DNA of 44,941 nt from an uncultured Candidatus Saccharibacteria bacterium (lineage in GTDB: Bacteria > Patescibacteriota > Minisyncoccia > Minisyncoccales > GWA2-38-27), in contig CAZOVC010000004.1 of the NCBI GenBank assembly GCA_964583485.1, positions 1 through 44,941 of the forward strand, in the 5' to 3' direction. This document shows, piece by piece, positions 18,211 to 28,830 of the stretch (position 1 is its first letter; each line of letters opens with the position of its first letter). Both the position numbers and the translations under genes were made by a program. The notes beneath the pieces were generated by a model. That model made no database searches and was not told the DNA's origin. It saw only the letters and a program-made list of their open reading frames with translations.

Positions 18211-18235
18211 AAAAAAAAGCGAAACCTATCGCTTT
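18211..18235 (-). terminator. terminator after tRNA-Ile/greA/tRNA-Ala
   Basis: AAAGCGA/UCGCUUU stem plus U tract. Confidence 0.65.
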
Positions 18236-18344
18236 CGCCTCTCAATTTTTTGAATTAAATTTTTTGTATTCATATATAATAGTTTATCAAATTTGCAACT
18301 TTTTTTTCAAATAGACAGAATTGTCCCGATAATTTTTATGGTTG

Positions 18345-18416
18345 TGGACTCGGTGGGAATCGAACCCACGATCTTCGCATTGCAAATGCGACGTTCTGCC
18401 ACTAAACTACGAGCCC
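18345..18416 (-). tRNA. tRNA-Ala(UGC), CCA not encoded
   Basis: cloverleaf, anticodon loop UUUGCAA, G3-U70 pair. Confidence 0.95.
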
Positions 18417-18417
18417 G

Positions 18418-18870
18418 TTATTCAATTTTAAGAATTTTGCATTTAATCCTATTATCCCCTATCTTCTTTTCTATTTTATCTCCAACAGATTTATTCAAAA
18501 TAGCTTTACCTAAAGGCGACTCATAGGAGATTTTCCCATTTAACGAATCTACCTCGCCTGGCCCTACAATTTCAATGTTTTCTTCTTTTTCATCTAAAGA
18601 AATTAAAACTTTTGAACCAACTTGAACTTTTCCAGTTTGCCTATTTTCAACTATCTCTGCGCTATTAATTCTATTTTGAATTTCTAAAATCTTTCCTTGT
18701 AAAAATGCCTGTCTTTCTTTGGCATCTGTATAAGCTGCATTTTCTTTAAGATCGCCAAAAGAAGCAGTATGTTTAATAAGACCTGCTATTTCTTTTATCT
18801 TAACAGTTTTTAAGTAATTTAACTTCTTCTTAAGTTTTTCTAATCCTTCAGCAGTAATATATTCAGCCAT
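18418..18870 (-). CDS. greA: transcription elongation factor GreA
   Basis: ITAEGLEKL, GDLKENAAY, ISYESPLGKA; true start ATG 18870 (the longer ORF runs through tRNA-Ile). Confidence 0.93.
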   Translation of the reverse strand: MAEYITAEGLEKLKKKLNYLKTVKIKEIAGLIKHTASFGDLKENAAYTDAKERQAFLQGKILEIQNRINSAEIVENRQTGKVQVGSKVLISLDEKEENIEIVGPGEVDSLNGKISYESPLGKAILNKSVGDKIEKKIGDNRIKCKILKIE

Positions 18871-18872
18871 AG

Positions 18873-18944
18873 TGGGCGCGGAAGGAATCGAACCTTCAAC
18901 CTCTTCTTTATCAGAGAAGCGTTCTACCACTGAACTACGCGCCC
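18873..18944 (-). tRNA. tRNA-Ile(GAU), CCA not encoded
   Basis: cloverleaf, anticodon loop CUGAUAA. Confidence 0.95.
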
Positions 18945-18953
18945 GATATATGA

Positions 18954-18982
18954 ACTTTAGCAAAAAATAAAAAGCCTGTCAA
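18954..18982 (-). promoter_or_regulatory. promoter for tRNA-Ile-greA-tRNA-Ala
   Basis: TTGACA, 17 bp, TAAAGT. Confidence 0.65.
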
Positions 18983-19134
18983 AAGCTTCTTATTCGCATA
19001 CCTTCGGTTTCTTAGAGTTGTTTCGACTCGAGAGTAATCGACATTTAAGGTTATCGATCAATACCTTAGTATTAAAGAGAGAATTCTCACTCTTCAATTC
19101 CAATCGACGCTAACTCGCCTAAGACGAGTTTAAA

Positions 19135-20620
<1,486 letters not shown>

Positions 20621-20754
20621 AAAATAGAGTCGGAACAACTCTAAAAAACCGATTTTTTAAAGAACAAATCAGGAAGAGACTTCCTGACTATCAAAGCTCT
20701 TTATGCTTTTGTTTGTTTTCTTAATTCATATATTTTGTCTCTTCTCTGTTCTCT

Positions 20755-20782
20755 ATTTTACTTTTTCAAAAAGGTTTGTCAA
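20755..20782 (-). promoter_or_regulatory. 16S promoter
   Basis: TTGACA, 16 bp, TAAAAT, directly after tRNA-Thr. Confidence 0.7.
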
Positions 20783-20783
20783 G

Positions 20784-20856
20784 AGCCGAGGAGAGGATTT
20801 GAACCCCCAAACCTTCGCTTTACAAAAGCGCTGCTCTACCATTGAGCTACCTCGGC
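20784..20856 (-). tRNA. tRNA-Thr(UGU)
   Basis: cloverleaf GCCGAGG/CCUCGGC, loop UUUGUAA. Confidence 0.9.
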
Positions 20857-20860
20857 AAAA

Positions 20861-21202
20861 TTACTTTCTTCCTCTTATTCTTTTCCAATAATCTTCTGAA
20901 AACTTCTTTCTATTCTCAATAGATTTCTGGCGCAGTTTAGATAATAAATTACTTGTTTTTTTATCGGTTTTTAAAGTAAGAATTCTAAACTTAGAAAGTA
21001 TTTTCTGCAATAATAATTCTTTAGAAGAAAAGGACTTAACTGTTCCATTATTTTTAATCTTATATCCGAGTTTCCTAAAAATCCTTGACCTTTTAATCTT
21101 TGTTTCCGGCAACTCATTCAAAACTGGAATCTTCTTAATTATAATAATACTCATACCTATAAACCCGATAAAAAATATAATTGTAGCAAATAATACTATC
21201 AT
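20861..21202 (-). CDS. hypothetical membrane-anchored basic protein
   Basis: N-terminal TM, Lys-rich; in tsf operon. Confidence 0.75.
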   Translation of the reverse strand: MIVLFATIIFFIGFIGMSIIIIKKIPVLNELPETKIKRSRIFRKLGYKIKNNGTVKSFSSKELLLQKILSKFRILTLKTDKKTSNLLSKLRQKSIENRKKFSEDYWKRIRGRK

Positions 21203-21204
21203 AG

Positions 21205-21651
21205 TTATATCTCGTATCTTATAAATCTCTTTATCTCTATATTTTCTCCTAATTTAGAAACATACTTCTCAATCAGTTCCTTAATTGTTTTTGTTTCATC
21301 TTTTATCCATGGCTGAGACATCAAATTAACTTCTTCAGATTCAATAGCGGCAATCTGCAAGCAAATTTCATGAGCTAATGCTTTAAAGTCGTCTGATTTG
21401 GCAACAAAATCAGTTTCACAGCGCAGCTCTATCATTGCTCCAACTCTTTTATTGGCATGAATATATGTATCAATTATCCCTGGTCCTGTTTCTCTGTTTG
21501 CTTTTTTGCCAGCCAGTTCTTTCCCCCATTTTCTTAAAATCTCTTTTGCTTGAACAAAATCTCCTTCTGCCTCTTCAAGCGCTTTCTGGCACTCTGAAAC
21601 AGACACACAAGTTTCTTCTCTTAATTGTTTAACTTGATCTATTGAAACCAT
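21205..21651 (-). CDS. tsf: elongation factor Ts (short form)
   Basis: VKQLREET, ELRCETDFVAK; follows rpsB. Confidence 0.95.
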   Translation of the reverse strand: MVSIDQVKQLREETCVSVSECQKALEEAEGDFVQAKEILRKWGKELAGKKANRETGPGIIDTYIHANKRVGAMIELRCETDFVAKSDDFKALAHEICLQIAAIESEEVNLMSQPWIKDETKTIKELIEKYVSKLGENIEIKRFIRYEI

Positions 21652-21653
21652 AT

Positions 21654-22391
21654 TTATTTCTTTGCTTTAATTATAACATCTTTTATCTTTTCCAAGATAT
21701 ATTTCACTGAACTGATAGCGTCATCATTGGCTGGAATTGGATAATCAGCCAAACTCGGATCAACATTAGTATCTGCTATACTAATAATTTTAACTCCTTT
21801 CATCTTTGCTTCTTTAACCGCCAAAGCGTCTTTTTTCATATCTAAAACAAAAATAGCGTCTGGAAGCCCCTGCATATTTTTTATTCCTCCAAATTTAGTT
21901 TCTAAGTCGCTTAATTCTTTATCTATTTTAGCTTTTTCTTTTTTAGTATACTTTTCCAGCTCGCCTTTTTTCTTTTTCTCCTCCAATTCTTTAAAATATT
22001 CTATCCTTTGTTTAAGGGTTTTGTAATTAGTAAAAGTTCCTCCCAGCCATCTTTCGGTAATATATGGCAAATCGCATTCTTTGGCAAAATCCTTTGCCAG
22101 TTCTTTAATTTGAACTTTTGTTCCAATCAAAAGTAATGTCTTATTTTCAGAAACAATTTCTTTAATAAACTCAAGAGCTTGCTTAAACTTTTCTTCAGTT
22201 TTTTCTAAATCAATAAGATGAACAGAGTTTCTATTTCCAAAGATATATGGTTTCATTTTAGGATGAACTCTGGAAGTCCTGTGACCAAAATGCAAACCAG
22301 CCTCAACCATATCATCTTGGCTAAGCTTGAAATCATCTTTTTTAGTTTCTTTTTTCTTTTTTTCTTTCTTTTCTACTTTTTCTTCTATCAT
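21654..22391 (-). CDS. rpsB: 30S ribosomal protein S2
   Basis: AGLHFGH, RWLGGTFTN, IPANDDA; start set at ATG 22391. Confidence 0.97.
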   Translation of the reverse strand: MIEEKVEKKEKKKKETKKDDFKLSQDDMVEAGLHFGHRTSRVHPKMKPYIFGNRNSVHLIDLEKTEEKFKQALEFIKEIVSENKTLLLIGTKVQIKELAKDFAKECDLPYITERWLGGTFTNYKTLKQRIEYFKELEEKKKKGELEKYTKKEKAKIDKELSDLETKFGGIKNMQGLPDAIFVLDMKKDALAVKEAKMKGVKIISIADTNVDPSLADYPIPANDDAISSVKYILEKIKDVIIKAKK

Positions 22392-22486
22392 AGTAATTTT
22401 AATAATAGCATATTTAAATTTTAAATCAAGAAAAAAGGCGCGGAGTTTATTTTCTTCTGCGCCCACTTCATAAACCTGTCAAAGAT

Positions 22487-23056
22487 TTAGAAAACCCTGG
22501 AAAACCAAGTGAGGAGTCGGAGAAGAAATAAAGATAAAGGACGAGGAATAATAAATGGCTTAATGACTGCATTCTCTTCAAATGCTTTTTCTCTTGCTAA
22601 AAACATTACTACAACTATTGTTTTTCTATCCCCTATTCTGCCTTTAGCAATACCAATACCAACATCAATAAAATTCTCATTTAAAATATTTTTAGCGTGT
22701 GAAGGAGAATTAATCCAGGCATCTATTAAAACTTTTGGATCATTAACATCAATAGCTAAGTTTTCACCTGCTGCCGCATAATCATAATCTACTTTATCAA
22801 GCCAGACCCAGGGCGGTTCGCCATCTGGTCCTGTATGGTCAAAATAATTTCTGGCTATTATATCTTCTGCCTTTAGTTGGGCCGCCCGGGTGAGCTTCTC
22901 ATTTATTTTAAGTTTTTTTTCTCTAAGCGGATTTACTTCTTGAACAATAAGTTGTTGAGTTAAATTAGCAAGAAACTTATTTATTTTAAAATCAAGAAAA
23001 GAAAAAATAATTATTATAAAAACAAAGATGAATAAAATAGATAAAATTATTTTCAT
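22487..23056 (-). CDS. CAP/SCP domain protein
   Basis: LTRAAQLKAED, YFDH, AGENLA, WINSPSH..NIL. Confidence 0.9.
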   Translation of the reverse strand: MKIILSILFIFVFIIIIFSFLDFKINKFLANLTQQLIVQEVNPLREKKLKINEKLTRAAQLKAEDIIARNYFDHTGPDGEPPWVWLDKVDYDYAAAGENLAIDVNDPKVLIDAWINSPSHAKNILNENFIDVGIGIAKGRIGDRKTIVVVMFLAREKAFEENAVIKPFIIPRPLSLFLLRLLTWFSRVF

Positions 23057-24462
23057 AATAAAAGCTTGCCTACAACTACTAAACGTTTTTTATCTGAAAA
23101 AAGCGGTGAACAAGTAATCAAAGTAATAATTGATTCATCTGTCTGCTCTAAAACTTCTATTGCTTCAGGGCTCACAATATTAGAAGATATTACTATGTAT
23201 ATATATTCTTTGCTTTTCCAATAAATATAAATCAAATCGTCTTGCGCAATTTTATCTAAAAGATAAAACGTTTCTTTATGCGGGGGTTCATATTTAAATC
23301 TATGACCAGCCAAAACAGTATTACTCCCTAAATCAGGGGTAGAAGTATCAGGCATAAGCCAAGCTCCTTTTTCCAAGGCCGATTCATTATTACCCAAAAC
23401 AATCGGAATTTCTACTCCAATCCTAGGGATTATAAGCCAATCGCCTTCTATGTCTTTTATAGCGCCTTCTGTATTTTTTGTTTCTTCTGTCTCAGTTATT
23501 GGCATTGATAAATTATATTTAATAACAGGAATAAATGGATATATCAAAACAATTAAAGCGCCTGCAATTAAACCGCCGAACAATATTATTTGTATTATTT
23601 GCCTGTATTGTTTTACAAAGATACTAATCAATCCCAAAATACCAACAAGTAAAACAGCTAAACATCCAAGAACAAACCAAGCAAAAGAACTTATTCCTGT
23701 GTGAGGAAGCCGTTCTGGTTCTGGTTCAATAATAATTTCCTCTCCTTTTACTTCTGGTATCCGAACTTCAATTACAGCATCATCTGAAATTGCTTTATGA
23801 TTACTTGATGTGAGTTCAGCTATGTTTTTATATTCTCCTGCTTCAATATCTTCTGGAACTATAACTTCGTAATTTATTATTCTTAATGCTCCGGGAGAAA
23901 GATCTTCAAGATTCCATTCGTTTATTGTAAAACCAGTATCTTCAAGCATCACATTTCTTGCAGTTCCTGAACCTATATTTTTTACTACAATTGTATAATT
24001 TATTACAGCTCCTGGATTAGTAAAGTCCTGTTCAACTGTTTTTTCAATCTTTAATCGAGGAGGATTATATCCTCCTCCACCACCTCCATTTGATGCTAAA
24101 GGCGGACTTGGTTCGGGTTCGGGTTCAGGTTCGGGTTCAGGTTCGGGTTCAGGTTCGGGTTCAGGTTCGGGTTCAGGTTCGGGCTCTGGCTCGGGTTCTT
24201 GACTTTGTTCCTGACTCTGGCTCTGGCTCTGCTCTCCTTCTCCTTCCTGCTCCTGAGATTGTTCCTGACTTTGCTCATAAGAAGGACTCTGAGAAGAACT
24301 CTGGCTTTGTTCATAATATTGATACTGAGATTGAGATTGGCTTTGGGACTGATTTTGAGACTGACCTTGTTCAAGCGCTAAACAAATCTTTGGACACAAA
24401 AAACTTACGGCTATAACCGCGCTAATCATTAATAATATCCTTCTAAATGCTTTCTTTCTCAT
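23053..24462 (-). CDS. surface protein (signal peptide, QS-rich, EP repeat, DUF11-like, LPHTG) fused to a C-terminal sortase domain
   Basis: LPHTG plus two TM helices; sortase LAGH...TLITC...R; start at ATG 24462 or 24495. Confidence 0.85.
   Translation of the reverse strand: MRKKAFRRILLMISAVIAVSFLCPKICLALEQGQSQNQSQSQSQSQYQYYEQSQSSSQSPSYEQSQEQSQEQEGEGEQSQSQSQEQSQEPEPEPEPEPEPEPEPEPEPEPEPEPEPEPSPPLASNGGGGGGYNPPRLKIEKTVEQDFTNPGAVINYTIVVKNIGSGTARNVMLEDTGFTINEWNLEDLSPGALRIINYEVIVPEDIEAGEYKNIAELTSSNHKAISDDAVIEVRIPEVKGEEIIIEPEPERLPHTGISSFAWFVLGCLAVLLVGILGLISIFVKQYRQIIQIILFGGLIAGALIVLIYPFIPVIKYNLSMPITETEETKNTEGAIKDIEGDWLIIPRIGVEIPIVLGNNESALEKGAWLMPDTSTPDLGSNTVLAGHRFKYEPPHKETFYLLDKIAQDDLIYIYWKSKEYIYIVISSNIVSPEAIEVLEQTDESIITLITCSPLFSDKKRLVVVGKLLL
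24108..24195 (-). repeat. (Glu-Pro)n coding microsatellite
   Basis: ggttcaggttcg 12-bp units. Confidence 0.95.
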
Positions 24463-24626
24463 ATCTTTTTTATATCTTCTAAATAAAAAACCCAAAAATC
24501 AACTAATAAAATTAGCCTTAATATTGAGCTTTAAACGACCTTCCCCTTAAATAAAAAGAGCGATTATCAAAAAAAAGAACTATTATCAAAAAAGAACTAA
24601 AAAAAGAACAACAAGGGGATATTCTT

Positions 24627-24655
24627 ATCTTAAAAAAATAATAAACTTCTGTCAA
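24627..24655 (-). promoter_or_regulatory. promoter for sortase-fusion/CAP operon
   Basis: TTGACA, 17 bp, TAAGAT. Confidence 0.7.
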
Positions 24656-24674
24656 CCAAAATAGGTAAAAAATA

Positions 24675-24705
24675 AAAAGGGGCGGTCATTTTGACCGTCC
24701 CTTTT
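24675..24705. terminator. intrinsic terminator
   Basis: aaaaggggcggtca / tgaccgtcccttt inverted repeat after ORF 24716. Confidence 0.75.
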
Positions 24706-24715
24706 GCTGTTAAAA

Positions 24716-25645
24716 TTATCGGGGCTTTTCCATGGTTTCCTTTAGGTCTTTTACCGCTGCTGTAAGCTTTTCTATTTGCTCGCTGAGTTTATCGGTTTTG
24801 TCCGACTGGACAATCTGCCGAATAGGAACTTGCCGAGGAAGCACTTGCCGAGAAAGCGGCTCAGACATAGTTCTTAGCGGGGACGGTGGCGGCAATGAGG
24901 TTTTACTCCTCACAAGAGGGGTTAAAATAATCCCCGGCTCGCCTATTTTTTTGATTGAGGCCCTGCCAAAACCAATACCTGCGGCAAAGGCACTGTCTTT
25001 TCCAGCAGATACAGCGCTAAAAGGAAAACCGAATGTTTTGCCGGAAGTAACGGTATTTAAACCATCGTTTCCGTCGTTAAGTAAAACCATATTGGCTCCA
25101 TTATTCATAGCAAGCATCAAGCCGTAAGCAAAAACAATTAATTGAGTAAATCTCCCATTCCCGCTTACATTGATGGCAAGCATTATTGAGTGTCCTCCCG
25201 ATATCTCGCTTAATTGCCTATTAACCTTGACATCAATAGAATCTGTTCTGGGAAGATGAGAGGGAATAACCATTTTTTTAAATCCCCAGCCGAATTCAGC
25301 GCCTAAGACGCCGGTATGTTTTAGTATATTCTCAACTTCTTTTCTGGTCCAGGTTCTTTCCAAATATTCTTTGGGAATACCGTATTTGTTCCAAAAGAAA
25401 ACTTCTTCTTTTGTTGGAGGAATTAAAAGATGCTCTGGCATTTGCGACTGGACCGCCTGAACTTTTCTGTCAAAATTAACTTGGACTCCAGCCGTTGCGC
25501 TTCCCCCTTCTCCGCCATATGCTTCTTGTTGTTGTTTTTGTTTCGTTTTTTGCTCTTGCTCCATATTTATATCCTGGCCAAGAGAAATGCCGCAGACAGA
25601 AACCAACATCACAACCATCACAATCAAAATAATTCTTTTCTTCAT
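24716..25645 (-). CDS. hypothetical secreted protein
   Basis: signal peptide MKKRIILIVMVVMLVSVCGISLG; start set at ATG 25645. Confidence 0.75.
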   Translation of the reverse strand: MKKRIILIVMVVMLVSVCGISLGQDINMEQEQKTKQKQQQEAYGGEGGSATAGVQVNFDRKVQAVQSQMPEHLLIPPTKEEVFFWNKYGIPKEYLERTWTRKEVENILKHTGVLGAEFGWGFKKMVIPSHLPRTDSIDVKVNRQLSEISGGHSIMLAINVSGNGRFTQLIVFAYGLMLAMNNGANMVLLNDGNDGLNTVTSGKTFGFPFSAVSAGKDSAFAAGIGFGRASIKKIGEPGIILTPLVRSKTSLPPPSPLRTMSEPLSRQVLPRQVPIRQIVQSDKTDKLSEQIEKLTAAVKDLKETMEKPR

Positions 25646-25710
25646 TTCAGTACCTTTCCAAAAAAATTTTAAAAGACCTCTTCCAAAGACACTCTTTGGA
25701 CTAATAGACA

Positions 25711-25738
25711 ATTATAAACAAAGTAAAAAATATGTCAA
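25711..25738 (-). promoter_or_regulatory. sigma70 promoter
   Basis: TTGACA, 16 bp, TATAAT. Confidence 0.8.
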
Positions 25739-25790
25739 GGATTTTGCAAAAACTTGATTTTTCTGGAGCTTTTGATAATATAAATAATAC

Positions 25791-26003
25791 ATGAAAAAAG
25801 ACATACATCCTAAATATTATCCACAGGCCAGGGTTATCTGCGCCTGCGGCAATACATTTACAGTCGGTTCTACTAAAGAACTGATAGAGGTTGAAATTTG
25901 TTCGAAATGTCATCCTTTTTATACTGGAAAAGAAAAGATTATTGATGCTACGGGAAGAGTAGAAAGATTTAAAAAGAGATTAGCCAAAAAGAAAAAGAAG
26001 TAA
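25791..26003 (+). CDS. rpmE: 50S ribosomal protein L31 (Zn-binding type)
   Basis: [29 protein letters not shown]. Confidence 0.97.
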   Translation: MKKDIHPKYYPQARVICACGNTFTVGSTKELIEVEICSKCHPFYTGKEKIIDATGRVERFKKRLAKKKKK

Positions 26004-26004
26004 T

Positions 26005-26736
26005 ATGCCGGAACAAAGTTCAGTAATAATAGAAATTCGGGCTGGAGCAGGCGGCGGAGAGGCTGCTCTTTTTGCCGCTGACTTGTTTAAAATGTATTCT
26101 AAGTATGCTGCTTCACAAAATTGGAAGCAGAAAACATTAGATTCTCATTCAACTGAATTAGGAGGAATCAAACAAATAACTTTTGAAATAAAGGGCGAAG
26201 ATACATTCTCTAAAATGAAATACGAAGCAGGAGTTCATCGGGTTCAAAGAATACCAGAAACAGAAAAATCAGGAAGAATTCATACCTCAACAGCAACAGT
26301 AGCTGTTCTTCCAAAACCAAAAACAACAGAAGTTAATATAAGGGAAGACCAGCTAAAAATTGATTTTTACAGAGCTTCGGGCCCAGGAGGTCAAAATGTT
26401 AATACAAGAGACACGGCAATCAGAATCACACATGTTCCAACTGGCTTAGTTGTTGCTTCTCAGACAGAAAGAAGCCAGTTTCAAAATAAAGAAAACGCAT
26501 TATCAATTTTATCAGCAAGATTATTAGAAAAAAAACAAACAGAAGAAATTTCCAAATTAGGTGGTGAAAGAAAAGCCCAGATTGGCTGGGCTATGAGAGC
26601 AGAAAAAATTAGAACCTATAATTTTCCGCAGGATAGAATCACCGACCACCGGATAAAAAAGAAATTCCACAACATTGAAGATATAATGAATGGAAAATTA
26701 GATAAGATGCTCAAAACCCTTCAAAAGAACCTTTAA
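26005..26736 (+). CDS. prfA: peptide chain release factor 1, N-terminally short
   Basis: EIRAGAGG, GVHRVQRIPET (PxT), SGPGGQ. Confidence 0.9.
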   Translation: MPEQSSVIIEIRAGAGGGEAALFAADLFKMYSKYAASQNWKQKTLDSHSTELGGIKQITFEIKGEDTFSKMKYEAGVHRVQRIPETEKSGRIHTSTATVAVLPKPKTTEVNIREDQLKIDFYRASGPGGQNVNTRDTAIRITHVPTGLVVASQTERSQFQNKENALSILSARLLEKKQTEEISKLGGERKAQIGWAMRAEKIRTYNFPQDRITDHRIKKKFHNIEDIMNGKLDKMLKTLQKNL

Positions 26737-28143
26737 TTATTTTATCTTGGCAATGTCGGATTCGTAGGATTTGGTAATTGCCATTACTGGATAACCGTAA
26801 TCTCTTCGATAAACATCAGCATATCTTGATTTATACCAGCTAGGTCCTGCAAAATAGCTTAAAGCGGCATTAAACTCTCCATTATAAGTTTGTTTGGCTG
26901 CTTGATAATCTGCTAAATACAAAGCAGCTGCTAAAAAAGCGTCTTTAATATCCCAGGGATCGCCCGGTTCTCCAGTAATTGCCTTAAGCCGGTCTCTATA
27001 TATCATCCAAGTGCTTGGAATAAATTGAGCAGGACCCATTGCTCCTCCATAACCGTAACTCATTGGACAAGATACTGGAGTAGCGTAAGGATCTCTTCCT
27101 AATTCTCCAGTAATCTCTAAAAATGGACCTACGTCTCTGGTAGGCTTCATTACGCGTGAAAGTTTTCTGCCAGTGCTAATAACCTCTCCTGCGCCTGTTG
27201 CCGGGTTTTTTAAATAGCACTGGCCAACATTCTTTCCAATATTTGATTCTTGAGTCAAAACAGCTAATAAAAACGCCGGTCTAACTCCAGTAATACTCTC
27301 TACTTGCTTTGCTATCTCATAGGCCTGGCCAAAAGTAGGAGCTTCAGACACACCTATTAATTTAAAAATTCTGGCTCTAATCTCTGCCGCTTTTTCATCA
27401 ACCTCTCTTTTCTCTTCAAGATATTTTTGATATTCTTTTTCAGTTAGTTTTAAATAATATTCTTGCTCTTGTTTTGTCTCAGCGTTTTCTCTATTTTGAA
27501 TAGTTTGAATTTCTACCATATGTTCCAAATCTCCCTTCTCTTCATCTAAAGATATTCCCTGCTCTTCTAAGTTTGTTTTCAAGAGCTTAATATCCTGTAA
27601 AAGTTCTTTGCTTTTTGAGTTTAAAAGCTCTAAAGCAACTATATTATCAAAGAAATCAGAAATTTCCGGCTCTGAAAATAATATTTCTATTATTGGCTTT
27701 TGGTCTTCTTCATAAATAGTTCTTAAAATATTGACTAGTTTATCTTTTGAATCTTCTATTTTCAAAGAAGTTTTTTGAATAGAAAAATTAGTGTCTTCAA
27801 TTTGAATCCCTAAATCTTTAACAATCAAATTGCTTTGGTTAATCTGATAATTTAAGTTTGTTATTTTCCTTTTTAAAGAATAAATTTTGTTCTCAAGGGT
27901 CTTTTTTTCTTCTCCAGTTTTATCAAGGTCTTTTTCAATTTCTTCGCTCTGCTCTCTGTAATATCTTTCGCACTTTTCTAAAAGCAAACGACATTCGGTC
28001 GGACTGAGTTTATCGCATTGCTCTTCTATTTTTTCTATTTGACAAACCTGTTCAAAATCTTCAGCAAGAACAAAACTTGGCACAAATAAAACCAAAAATA
28101 AGATAAAGAGTGAAACTAATTTGTTATTTTGATTTTTTTTCAT
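26737..28143 (-). CDS. secreted coiled-coil protein with lytic transglycosylase (MltB/SLT-like) domain
   Basis: signal peptide, long coiled coil, TQES, GAMGPAQFIPSTW. Confidence 0.85.
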   Translation of the reverse strand: MKKNQNNKLVSLFILFLVLFVPSFVLAEDFEQVCQIEKIEEQCDKLSPTECRLLLEKCERYYREQSEEIEKDLDKTGEEKKTLENKIYSLKRKITNLNYQINQSNLIVKDLGIQIEDTNFSIQKTSLKIEDSKDKLVNILRTIYEEDQKPIIEILFSEPEISDFFDNIVALELLNSKSKELLQDIKLLKTNLEEQGISLDEEKGDLEHMVEIQTIQNRENAETKQEQEYYLKLTEKEYQKYLEEKREVDEKAAEIRARIFKLIGVSEAPTFGQAYEIAKQVESITGVRPAFLLAVLTQESNIGKNVGQCYLKNPATGAGEVISTGRKLSRVMKPTRDVGPFLEITGELGRDPYATPVSCPMSYGYGGAMGPAQFIPSTWMIYRDRLKAITGEPGDPWDIKDAFLAAALYLADYQAAKQTYNGEFNAALSYFAGPSWYKSRYADVYRRDYGYPVMAITKSYESDIAKIK

Positions 28144-28816
28144 TTTCTTCTTCTTTTTCTTCTTTTTTCTCTTCCTTTTCTTCTGCCTTCTCTACTTCTT
28201 CTACTTTTTCTTCAATTGGCTTTTCTAATTCTTCTTCTATTTTTTCTGTCTCTGAAGGAGCAACAAGAGCCACAATCTCATTTTCATCTTTTTGAACTGC
28301 AACGTCCTCTGGCAATTTTAAATCTTTTACTAAAATTTCATCATCAAAAGTTTTTAACCCGTCTATATTTACTTTAATTTGATGTGGAAGATTTTGAGGC
28401 AAAGCCTTAACCTGTATTTCCGAAATCTCGCGGACTAAAGTTCCACCAAGCTCTTTAACCGCCGGCGCTTCTCCTTCAAAAACAATTGAAACAGTTGCTT
28501 CAACTTCTTCTGTAAGAATTGGTTGATAAAAATCAGCATGAATAGGTTTTCCGGTTAATGGATCTTTTTTAACTTCATGAATTAAAACTGAAAATTTCTT
28601 AACTTGCCCTGAATTTACTGAAGGGTCAACTTGAAGTGAAATCAAAGAACTTTCCCCTGCTTCTTTATATACATTTTCAAACTCTTGTGAATTTAATTCT
28701 ATAGAGAAATTCTTTATCTCTGGTCCATATAAAACAGCGGGCAGGATGCCCCTCTGCCTTAATTTTTTTACTTTTTTTCCTTTAATTTCTCTTTTTTTAG
28801 CTTGGAGGATTAACAT
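28124..28816 (-). CDS. rplY: 50S ribosomal protein L25 (Ctc form)
   Basis: LRQRGILPAVLYG, HADFY, EAPAVKELGG, acidic tail. Confidence 0.95.
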   Translation of the reverse strand: MLILQAKKREIKGKKVKKLRQRGILPAVLYGPEIKNFSIELNSQEFENVYKEAGESSLISLQVDPSVNSGQVKKFSVLIHEVKKDPLTGKPIHADFYQPILTEEVEATVSIVFEGEAPAVKELGGTLVREISEIQVKALPQNLPHQIKVNIDGLKTFDDEILVKDLKLPEDVAVQKDENEIVALVAPSETEKIEEELEKPIEEKVEEVEKAEEKEEKKEEKEEENEKKSK

Positions 28817-28830
28817 TAGGATTTTTAAAA

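Noticed and set aside
18871-18963. N-terminal extension of GreA in the ORF track
   Set aside because: It is the tRNA-Ile gene read in frame
24108-24195. Possible CRISPR array (also 44755-44930)
   Set aside because: Tandem repeats without spacers, in frame within proteins; no cas genes
24090-24416. VRVQ and NPNL repeat ORFs
   Set aside because: Alternative frames of the EP microsatellite
26731-26742. Zero-gap convergent stops of prfA and the transglycosylase gene
   Set aside because: Real, but compatible with ordinary genome compaction; no further signal
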